Source of the DNA: Cyanophora paradoxa CCMP329
Lineage: Eukaryota > Plantae > Glaucophyta
Direction: 5' to 3'
NCBI GenBank assembly: GCA_004431415.1
Contig: QPMI01000553.1
Span: 186,001-250,000 of the forward strand
DNA length: 64,000 nt
The position numbers and the translations under genes were made by a program. Below, piece by piece: positions 38,401-50,400 of this stretch. The first letter of the stretch is position 1. The number at the start of each line of letters is the position of its first letter. The notes under the pieces are model-generated. The model worked only from the letters and a program-made list of their open reading frames with translations. It did no database searches and was not told where the DNA came from.

Positions 38401-41400
38401 ATATCTTCTTTTGAGCCTGAGAAGACCAGGGACAGTGTTTTGTTTGTGAGAGTAAAGGAGCTGGGTGATCTGGTTCAATGTGGGGATGGTCTTCTGACTG
38501 GTTACTTCCATAAAATAGTGGTTCCTGACAAAGATTATGGTGAGCATGTTGTTTACAATTCAACAGAGGCTCATCCACTTTATAAATACTATAACAAAAA
38601 GGTTGGATTATCCACTTTCTCGGTTGATATTGTTAATGCTGTAAATGAACCAATTGATTTTGAGGGTCAACCTGTTCATCTGACCTTTGAAATTCGCTAT
38701 GGTGATGAGCCAGCTGGGGACCCAGTTTATGAATACTTTAAAATGAGAATGTCTCAGCTTCACCCTTCCTATCCAGTTATTACAAGCTTCGCATAAATTA
38801 AGGATCATTGGTAGATTTTTTATGTTGCAGTATAATAAAAGAGAATATCATGGATATCACTTCCACTCTTCAAAGACTTTCGCTGAAAGAAGCCCTAACA
38901 ACCCAGAGGAGGCGAAAGCCTTTTTCCTGGATAACTCCCTTATGCTTGGTCTCGAATCCAAGTCTAAGCCAGTTCTAGTTGTTGTGAATCCCAGCAATAC
39001 TTTTGAGAATAATGTTGGAAATCGCATTTCCTTCAAGCTACCTCGCTACAATTTCTGTGGAAAACTCGAACTTGCTTTCGACCTTCCAGCCATCACTTTT
39101 GGTGGTGAAGATCTTGTTCGAAATGGATACACTCGCCCTGTTGGTGCTTTAGTTCAGCGACTTGAAATTACCTATGGATCTTACACCTACCATATTCCAT
39201 CTGATTTCCTTGCTCATTTCCCCCTGGTCTATTATTCGGAGGATCAACTAGCTAAAAAGAAACGCTCAATGGGCATGGTTCATGGTATCCCTGCTCATGG
39301 AACCAACCGACTTGGTGGCTCATTCTTTGTTGAAATCCCAGTGCCTTGGCTCAATCACTACCTTCCCCTTGGTGCTTTATCTGGTGAAATGGTTGTTACT
39401 GTTTGGTTTAAGGATGCTGATAAGGGTTATGTTGAGACTTCCTATGGTGGTCGCTCTCTTCCTGTTGTTGGTGGGACAGCTGCTGATAAGACAGAAGATG
39501 ATGGTCTTGGTGATACTGCTAATGCTACACTTGCCCATGTTGGTCAAAATATCACAACTTTCAGCCTTGGTGCAACAACCCCTGGTATTACAATTACCTC
39601 TCCTCGCCTTTACATGCATGCTGTTAATGTTTCTGATGAGCTTTTCGCTACTGTAATTGAAAAGGTTAAGACTACTGGCATGGCTATTCCTGCTCTAGAC
39701 ATTGGGTTTGTTGATGCTAGTGCTTTCCCTGCCAAGGGCAATGCCCAACCCAATCGAATTAACCTCTCTCAAATATCAGGTCTTGTATATGCTCTGCTTG
39801 TTTCAGTTCGTGATAATGCAACTGTTGACAAAGCCAATGGCTCCCACAGTGTTCTTAAGACCTATGCCAACTCCAAAGAGATAACATTCACAACTGAAAT
39901 AAATGGACAGCGACTTTTTGCCACTGAGCCAATTTCCCTACTCAAAGGTGCTGAGCTAATTGCTGATGCCTTCAAATGCTCTAACATGGATAAGGTTGCT
40001 GATCGCTATGTCCTTTCAGGATTGCCTTTCTGCCTTGATGGAGAAAAGGCGATTCGAAATATTGCCCAGTCTGGTTATGTTGATTTAACAAATTCCTCCT
40101 CTTCATTCCTCACCCTCTACATGCCTTCAGATAAGGTAATCGATGTTAATGTTCGCGCTCTCATGCATAGCTTTATTATTGTCGACAAAGACGGATTAAG
40201 GCGTATCAATCTTTAGAGTCTACAGTGAAGATTGTATGTATTCATTGGAGTTTTCTGCAAAAAATGATTTCGTTTTATCTTCTTCTCATCATTTAAAGAG
40301 AAGTCATATTTAGAATATAAAAGCAATATGCTGCCTCTTACAACTTCAGATTTCATTGAGCGAAGCAAGGGTAAGTATGGAGACAAATTTGGGTATGAGA
40401 AAACAGAATACAAAAATGCAAAAACAGTTCTAACAGTTACCTGTAACACTTGCCAAAAAGATTTCACATCTTATCCTCACCACCATCTAAAGGGTAATGG
40501 AGGTTGTAAGAGTTGCAAAAGTGATCTCTACCATAACCTATTTGTAAAGCCAGTCGAGAAGTTCATAGAAGAAGCTCAAGTAATTCATGGTGACAAGTAC
40601 GATTATTCACAGGTAAAGCAAAATTACAAAAATGCGAAAGTGAAGGTAGCAATTACATGTAAGGGTTGTGGAAATGTGTTTCAGCAAGAGCCATATTCAC
40701 ATCTTAGAGGTCGAGGTTGTCGAAAATGTGGTCATCAGGAAAAGGGTGCAAAGCTGAGGAGCAATACTTTGGAATTCATCTCAAAAGCAAAGAGCATCCA
40801 TGGAGACAAGTATGATTATAGTCAAGTTGAATATAAAAACAAGTTTAGCATTGTCAAATTGAAATGCAACATTTGCTTGAATGAATTCCAACAGGAAGCA
40901 AGAGTACATTTAATGGGAAGTGGCTGCATTGCTTGCAAAGCTTCTAAAGGAGAGAATGCAATTGCTTCCATCCTCAATAATATTGGCTTAGAGTACGAAA
41001 GAGAGTATTCCTTCAAGGACTGCAAGGCTCTAAGAGTTCTCCCTTTCGATTTCTATATGCCTGCATTGAAAATAGCTATTGAATATGATGGAAAACAACA
41101 CTTTGAACCTGTTGAATACTTTGGAGGGGAACAGGATTTTGAGAAACGAAAACTAAAAGATGCTATTAAAACTAGATACTGTGAAGCCAACAACATATTA
41201 CTCCTAAGAATCCCATACACCGAAACCGATATTGAGGGCTGCATTAAACAATTCCTATCTAATCTGTAAAACCATAATCAGTAACATTTCATTATTTTTA
41301 TCTGTCTTTATTTAGAAAGATATACAACAATGAATGATTTGGATGAATTTGTGGCTGGTGAAATGATAGAACCACCGTTTAGAGTCCTAGCAATTGGTAA

Positions 41401-44400
41401 ATCAGCAACTGGTAAATCAGAAGCTGTAAAGTATTGGCTAAAGCAGTTGCATGATGCCAAAAAGATTGATGTTGTATTAGTTGTGAGTGGGACCAGCTTC
41501 AATCATTTCTGGGATAAAGTGGCAACACTGCAACTGGGAAAATGGGATGCCCCTTACATTGCTAAATTGCTAGATGAGAGGCAAGAGAAAATAGAAAAGG
41601 GTGAACCTGTTAACCAGTTATGCGTAGTTTTAGATGATTTAATCGATAATGAGATAGTCGATCTCACAAGGGATAAAATAATCGGATCATTGTATTCCAG
41701 AGGTCGCCATTCGAAAATATCCATTATCTGCATCACACAAAAGCTAAGGAAAGTCTCTTCGACTATTCGAGTTAATTCGGACTATGCTATGTTTCTCAGT
41801 GCTGCAAATCGCAAAGAACTAGAAGCCATAGAGGAAGAATACAATATAATGCGAAATAAAGAGGATTTTTACAAGATGTTTGAAGAGTATGTTCACTCCT
41901 ATCAGTATATCATTTGGTCCTCTGCAAACTACTCAGTTAAATACTATGTAGATAAAGCTGAGCTTGTGAAAGATTTCCCATTTCCTCGCTTCCACAGGAA
42001 GCCAAAAAAGAAAGAGGATGAACTGAAACCACCAGAAAAAGAGGAAGCCCCCAAAGAAGTGAAAAGCCAAGTCCATAGCAATAAATTGATGCGATATAAA
42101 CGCGGTTTATAAAATTATCTCTCATTCTAATAAAGATACAATGCCTCCCAAACGAAAGATAGGGATCCCAGCTGGGGCTGTTGGCTATTCAGGTGGTGGA
42201 AACAATGGATCCATTAACACTGAACCACTGAAGTTCAATGGTATGAATGAGGTGAAGCCCTCACAACAAGAAGAAGACCCTCTTAATGCTGCCTATGAGG
42301 AATCAGTCGATGACAAAGCCCCACAGGCTTCAACCAGTGACCAACTCAACATCTCACCAGAAGCCTCAAAAATGAAAGCTGTTGCTGAGGGTGCCAGGCG
42401 AATTATTGGGGCTGCTGATGATAAAGGTTTAGGCTTGCAAGATCTTTCACTGGCTCGCAAAGGTGAAGGTCTTAGTAAGGAATCAGACAAGGTTATTCAG
42501 TCTATGGCTGGTGAAGTCACATATAAGACTGCTCCCACTCAAAATATTCATCGAATTCCCAAGGCTCAATGGGATGAGATGACTGCTAAACTCAAAGATC
42601 TGGAAGCCAAATCAAGTGCCTTGGAGCAGTATGTTACTGAGAAGAAAGAGAGAGCCAAGCTAAAGGAGATGCTTCGAAAGGAAGTTTATAAAATGGGCAT
42701 TACTGGTGTCCCAGATAAACAGTTTATTGCCAAGAAGGAGAACCAAATCGATGAGCAAGCAGTAGATGAAATGAAAACAAAGACCCAAAAGGGAACCATT
42801 GAGCCTGGTGCCACCAAAGCTGAAGTAGAAAAGGGAGTAGCCCCAACAGTATATAAAAGACGAGTTTGGCTTTAATTTTCTCTGTTTTATTAGAGACATG
42901 GATATAATACGAAAGTTTATTGAGATGCTCAGTCTGCATGTGGTCAGCAATTGCCACAGTGGATGCTGTGACACAACAATAGAGTTTGAGATGTCAGATA
43001 ATGAGGATAATGCCTCAGAAGCAAGAGAGAGAAGAAGATCAACAGTGTCTGTGGAGTCAATGCCAGCAGACCCCACAGAGTATACATATGAGCAACAGGA
43101 GTATCCAAGGAGAAGTTCTCTGCCAGCAGAAAACGTTTTCTCAGCAAATATTAATGGAGGATACAATTAGTTTGATCGAGTTTACTAGTGATGAGCCTTT
43201 AACTGAGGGTGCTATTAGACACATTCTAGCAAAGCAGAAACGATATAGAGAGGACCCAGCATATAGAGAGTATAAGAAACAACAAGCCCTGGCATCCTAT
43301 TATCGCAGAAAAGCCCAAAAAGAGGAGCAGAGACCCAGAGGGAGACCGATTAAATATTATTTGCCTACTGATAGTAGCAATGGACCCACAGGTCTATAAG
43401 ATACTTGAGAAAAAGCGGTCTCAGTATGCTACTGAGGCAGCTATTAAAGTTTACAGACAGGAACTGGTGTTCGCAACAAAAAATGACTTAAAGAAAAAGT
43501 AGATAGGTTGTATTGAGGAAAAATTATTTTCGTATCTACTATTAAAGAGAAATGCCGAATATCCGCAAGATACTCACAGATGATGAAAAAGCAGAGAAGC
43601 TGAGACTGAAAAGGGAGCAAGATGCCCAAAGAAAACGCGAAGCCTATCATAAAAAGAAGGAGGAACGATTATCCCAAGGAGCCGCTACAGTTCACACACC
43701 AGAAGAACTCAAAAAGATTGCCCTCAGACACCAGAGGAAATACAGGGAAAATGAAGAATATCGCGAACAGAAAAAGGCGAAAGCGCTGGAATACTACCAC
43801 AAGAAAAAGACGAACTACCCAAGACACCCAAAGAGCATAAACCGGTTGGAAGACCTCGGAAATATATCGAAGAATAAATTCTCGATCGAAACAAATTTTG
43901 TAGAAATCGATTTGATCGGAGGCAAAAAAATGACAGCTTTCTTCCCTCTTTTTTAAAACTGTACCTATATATCGAGACAGTATCCCGACCCAAAACTACT
44001 TAAGGACTTGGCAAATAATAGGATATATATAAAAGACAATTCCTCCTTCCGAAATTATTTTCTTCGTTAAAGGTAGAAGTCCCCCAAAATCGAAAATGAA
44101 CAAAATCGAGAAATTCGCCACCCCTGTTGAAAATGCTACATTCCTTAGTACTCTCATTGGTGATCGCAACAAGGTCACCCATGTATTTGATTCTGCTGAA
44201 GATGCCCTTGAAGCCATTGATAATAGCAAGGTTAAGACCTGGGCTGAATGCATTCAGCCTGAACAAGTCACCAGAGTTTACCTGGACCTGGATAAATTCG
44301 CTGATTTGAAGGAGAACATTGCTGAAAACTATGCTGAGGCTGAAACTGTTGTAAGAGAGATGAGAGATAAGCTATGGAAGCGATCTGGGACCACTTCGAT

Positions 44401-47400
44401 TAACGATATTGCTGTTGCAGTTCGCCATAGAAGGGTTTATTTGATTAAGGAGGATGTCACCAAGTTCAAGATTTCAGCCCACTTTATTATTAAATCGCTT
44501 GCATGCAAACATGAAGATATCCCCAAGCTTTTCAAAGCGATGGGATTGGTGAAAAATGAGGATTATGACAGTGGAGTTTACAGCTCCACACAGAACCTAA
44601 TCTGCCTCAATTGCTGCAAAGGTGAGACTCTGGATGCTCAAAATAAGTCGAAAAAAGATGTTGATAAAAACGTTTGCTTTAAGAAATTCGTTGACTGTGA
44701 CAAAGTGTTAATGCGAAATGAGGACTTCTTTGTATCTTACTTCTCAGCTACTACTAAACTTGTGGATGAATCAAATATTTCTGCATTTGACGGGAGGATT
44801 TGCATTAGCACACAACAACAACTACTAGGAGTTTCACATCGCCCAATTTATCTCTCCGACTAGATAACATTGAGGACCGTCGAGTGCTGTGCTCTGTCTA
44901 AGTGGTGGGAAATTCTATCTACGTCCTATATCTACAAATGGGGCGAGAGGCCGAAAGATACACCTGCAGAAAAAGCCCAGCGCCCTACGCAGACCGATGA
45001 AGGCAAACAGAGCGCGCAAACACCCTCCAGACGTGGAAGTCCGCCCTAGGGAAGACCCACGTATAGCGGAGGGCAGGAGAGGCACTACGCCTGACAAGCA
45101 AAAGTCGACGGAAAGACCTGAGCTTCCCTGCATGTGGAAAAGAACCGCCATCTAGCGACTCGACTGCGAGGGGATGAGGAGCGGAACGAAATGAGAGAGC
45201 GCCGATGAGCCCCAGCTGCCAAGCAAGGGAGCGGGGGCCGGGCGCCGTCCGCGTGTTGACGGAACACGTCGCCGCACCAGTGTGCCACACCACGGCTACC
45301 GCGCGTTCACTAACGCTGCGGCGCATGGCGGCGTGGGCTTTGCGCGAAAGCTGGCCGACATTGCGGCCAGCCGACGTCGCCGCGACCGCTCCCGCGGCAC
45401 TCCTCGCCGAGCCGGAGACATCATAGAAGCTAACCCCTGACGCGCGCGCTCCTGAATCTCCTGCGGAATGGCCGGCGACAAGGCCGGCTGCCGAGGCGCC
45501 AACTCGACGCCCATTTCGCGCCGCCGCTCGGCGCGCCAGCCGCCTACCTCACGCTGGTCACGCTGAGCGACAGCGGCGGCGCCATGGACGGGCCGCAGCC
45601 AGCCGCGCGCCGACGCGGTGGGAAATTTTCTCGTACCCGTCTCTCTCAATATTTCTGCATTTGCAAATTATACTCCTGAGCCAAAACCAGTTAAAAAGGA
45701 GCCAAAAAGTGCTAAAGTGAAGACTGAGAAGGTAGAAGCTGAAAAAGACACTGAACCCGAAAATCCTGTTACTTTCGAACTGCTACAAAGTGTTATAATG
45801 GGTCTGAATGGTGAGAGAGCTAATGAGTATAAAACTTGGATTGATGTAGGACTGGTCATCATCAATGTTGGGGAAGACAACAAATTTACCCCTAAAATGC
45901 AGGCTGAACTCTTCCACCAATTCTCAGAACAGAGTGACAAGTATGATTATGATGAATGCCAGGAGAAGTTTACACAGCTTCGCAGAAGCAAGAAGAAGGC
46001 TGAGCCTGGCAAAGTGTTGACCTTCAAATCCTTGGTTTATTGGTTGAGCAAAGATAACAATGAGCTTTTCAAGGAACTCTTCCCCAAAAAGTATGCATTC
46101 CTACCAGAGGACACAGATGAAATCGATTACAAGACTGCAAGTATCCCTCCTTTGGCTGAACATTACAATGTGCATAAGAGGTATTTCAATGCTCGAATGC
46201 ATCATGTTGAAAATGTTGGTTGTGTGATGCTCTGGGATGAACAACTACTTTGCTGGATGCCCAAAGATATTGGGAAGCTCTCTACAAAGCATTTCCCCCA
46301 TTTGATGCATAAGGTGATTGTCAATGAGGGAACAGATAATGAGAAAGAGAAATGGGAGCAATCATTTAGGAAATGGATTGTGGATCCAACAGCCACAAGA
46401 TCAACTTACATGGATTTCCTTCCCCCTCCTGCTACTCTCAGTGCAAAATGCAAGTCTGTATTTAATCTCTATCCAGGAATGAAGGTCGACCATCAGCAAT
46501 TCGAAAATGCTCCAGAGGATGTAACTGCTGAGATGATTAAGCCTTTCCTTGATCACTTGTTCTTAATGTCTGGTGAGGATCAAAATACCTATGAATATCT
46601 GTTGAAATGGTTTGCCCACATGCTGCAAAAGCCTGGGGAACTCAATGGAGTATCCTTAATCTTCATTGGTGAACAGGGAACTGGTAAGAATGTGTTGGTT
46701 GATACTTTCCAAAAGAAGATACTTGGAGATGCCCTGAGTTATGCAACTGGTAAGCCAAAAGAGGATCTGTTTGGTCGATTTGCCCATAACAGAGAGGATA
46801 AGATCCTGATTGTTGTCAATGAAGCCTCAGGCAAGGACACATTCGAAAATAATGATATGCTCAAAGATCTCATAACTTCTGATAAGATTGTAATTGAACA
46901 CAAAGGGATAGATTCATACACAAAAAGCAACTTTGCCAGGATTATATTCACCAGCAATAACAACATTCCAGTAAAAATTGAAGCTGGAGATAGGCGATTT
47001 GTGGTTGTTGAAGTTAGTAAGAAATTCGCAAAGGATAGGTCATACTTCCTTCCACTTGTAAAATGGCTAAATGATCACTGCAATATTCGAAACATTGCCC
47101 ACTATTTGAGAACCAAAGTTGACTGTGAGGATGTGAACTGGATTGCTGATAGACCCCTTACAAATAAATACTATTTAGCCCAGCAGGTATGCGCCCCAAT
47201 CATTCTTATGTTCACTAAGTGGCTTGTGGATCGAGGCTTAATTTCCGAGAATAAATGCAAGTCTGGTAGCCTTGTGGAAACCTGGAAATGGTTCCAGGAG
47301 TTTATTACCAGCAACAAATATAAAAACGATTATAATAGTCGCAGATATTATACAGAAATGCGAAGTGTTACATATATCCAAGTGAAAACTACAAATGGCA

Positions 47401-50400
47401 AACAATACTATCATTTCTTGTTCCCACAAGTATTTGAGGAATTCAGAAAGATGAAGCTTGTAGATGATGAGACCATTGAGGAAGAAGCTAATCCAAGGAT
47501 GAAACAAGAACTACCTGCTGCTGATCCTGATGCATCAGATTATGACTCTGATGTTGAAGTTTAGGTTTACTCAAAAGTGGACTCACAGTTGACTCAAATT
47601 TATCATAAAAGACCCAAACAGTCTTTTATTTATGGTTTATTTATCGATTAGGTTGACTAAGTGGGGGGAGTTGACTCATTTTTTCACAGATTCTAAAAGA
47701 GGACTCTGCCCTAAAAAGAAATAAAAAGTGCCTCAACTCCACCCACTAAGTCAACCAAAAAATGATTTAAGAGATAGAAAAATATATTTATATGTAACTA
47801 GTAAGAAATGGCTGGAACAGATCATGATTCTGGATCGATCTATATGATTGAGAGTCAGGAAATGAACAAAGTCTACATAGGAAGAACCTCACAGCCACTT
47901 CAAAAAAGATGGAGACAACACAAATCAGGTCAAATGCCATCTACAGCAGACCTATGCAAGGCTTCTGATGTGAAGTTCTCAGTCCTGTATTCAAGTAAGA
48001 AGGGTGGGCATGAAGACCTAATGAACAGAGAAGCATATTACATGTATCTCTTTGAACCTTGGATAGTCAATTTACAAAAACCGAAATCCCGATTTAGGAT
48101 TAATAGGTTTTTGCGATTCCATTCAGAGGAAGCCAGTGGATCCATTAAAACATTTTAAATTGCGTTTAGAACATCCTAAAATAAAATATCCCCTTAGAAT
48201 AGGAACAAGTTAGGAATAATGCCCCGAATTACCAACAAACTCATAAGGGAGAAGAAATGGGAACTCATGGGATTGCTGGGAACACTTTATGCAGCCCATG
48301 AAATTACAGAGGCTGAATATGACCGGGAAATAGATTTAATTGCAAAGGGCAGACCCACTTTAAGCAGATTAACCAGAAAAGCAAATAACCTATATGATAA
48401 AATTGAAACCTTGGATGAATTGGATAGGCTTAGGCAAATAGAACCAGATGCAGAAGATGGAACAGCCATGAATGAATTATATCGCTGGCTCACTTACAGA
48501 GCCAGAAGGGAAGTTGTTGTAGATGTGATTGAATTCCTGGATAGAATTGCTACATCCCTTCCAAATCGATTAAAGCAGGGTTTAGATCAATTCAGGGCAA
48601 TCAAGGTTCGCTTGTCTTTTATCTGCAAGTTCGTTAAAGTGAGCAATCCACAGGTTTGGATATCGAAATACATTTACAGTGATTACTTTGTATTAACCAG
48701 GTCGAGAAATATTCGAACTGAGCTGAATAAAGCAGCCCAAATGTGTCAGGAGCAGATGAATGTGGTTGATAGCTATCGCTTAGAAAGAATTGAAATACTC
48801 AGAGTGGCTATTATGAGTTATGCTCCAACTGGTGGATGCTTTCTACAAACCCCAGAGTGGATTGCTAGGAAGAGAGCCACAGTGAATATTCGAAATATAG
48901 ATGATTCCTGCTTCGAAAATGCGATTTTAGCCTCGATTTACAGAAAATCTATTAACTCCCATAAGAGGAATGAGCTTTCACAATATCGCAAATGGAAATA
49001 CTCAGCAATCGCTTATAATCCGCTGGCTCTCAATTTCGACAATATCCCATTCCCTGTTGCCTGTGATGCTGAAATAATTGATAAATTCGAGGCTCAAAAT
49101 GCAGGCATTAGCATTAATATATTCGGAATCGATGGAGAGGTTGTTTATCCCCTGCATCAATCCAGTTACCCAGGCAGAAAGCATAAGGTTAATCTCATGC
49201 TGATATTTGATGATGAAGGGAATGGTCATTATATTACAATCATGTCCCTTTCAAGATTATTGAAAGTAAACCATGAAACATACAATGATCAGAAGTTACA
49301 CTACTGTGACACATGCTTATCTCGATTCAGGTCTGAGGCTAAACTCACTGCTCATGTGGACTCAAATAGATGCATTGATTGGAGACTCTCAAAGGGAATC
49401 ACACCAAAACCTGAGACCACCATAGAGTTTGGACTGAAAAACCTCAGGAAAACTGTTTGGCTTCCTGTTGTGGTTTACTGCAAGATTGAACATAGAAGCA
49501 TCCCCATTGATGCATCAAAATCTAAGAGGGAAGTCTCAGCAGTCAACCTGAGAGTAGTCACTGGGGCAGATGTTCAGGAGTTTCGATTTGAGGGTCAGGA
49601 TCCAATGGGAGGTCTCTTTGAATGCTTGGAGTCCAAAGCAAGAGAACTAATCGATTTCCTGTTTACCAACATTCCTATGAATGAACTCACAGATGAGCAG
49701 AAAGCAATTTACAGAGCTACCAAACACTGTTACCTTTGCAGTGAGAGGTTCACTAAGGAGAACTTCAAATGCAGGGATCATGATCACCACACAGGTCATT
49801 ATATTGCTCCTGCATGCAGAAACTGCAATCTCCATAGGAGAATCTCAAAGCAAACCAAAGTTGCAGTAGTTGTTGACCAAATGGATGACTGTGGGACATT
49901 CATTTTCAGAAAAATAGCAGGCATGGGTGATAAAAAGCGAATCGAAATCCTTTCGAAAAACTTTGATCAATACCTTTCATTGCAATGGGGTCTTTACAAG
50001 TTCATTGATGCAAGCAATTTCATGGATTTTGGAGCTGCTGATGTAGATGAGTTAATGAACAAATTCCAAGCCTTCAGAAGGCTTTCACACTCAGTATATG
50101 GACTTGACCCAGTTCATTATGTATCTGCACCTGGGTTATCTTGGGATGCTATGCTTAGGACCACCGAGGCAAAAATAGAGCTTATAAGTGATGTAGAGCA
50201 ATACGAATTTGTTGAGAGGGGAATCAGGGGTGGCTTTGCAACAATGCCTTGTAGGTATGCTGAGGCTGATGGTGAGAACTCCCACATTATGCTGTTTGAT
50301 GCTAACAACTTGTATGGCTACTGTTTGAGTCAGCCAATTCCAGTTGGTGATTTTAGATGGGAGACCGAATTCAACCCACAAGATAACAGATCCAGTTTCC

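Noticed and set aside
44790-45647. Spliceosomal intron, intein or hammerhead retrozyme
   Set aside because: No GT/GC-AG at the borders, in-frame stops are present, and no canonical CUGANGA...GAAA core was found by eye.
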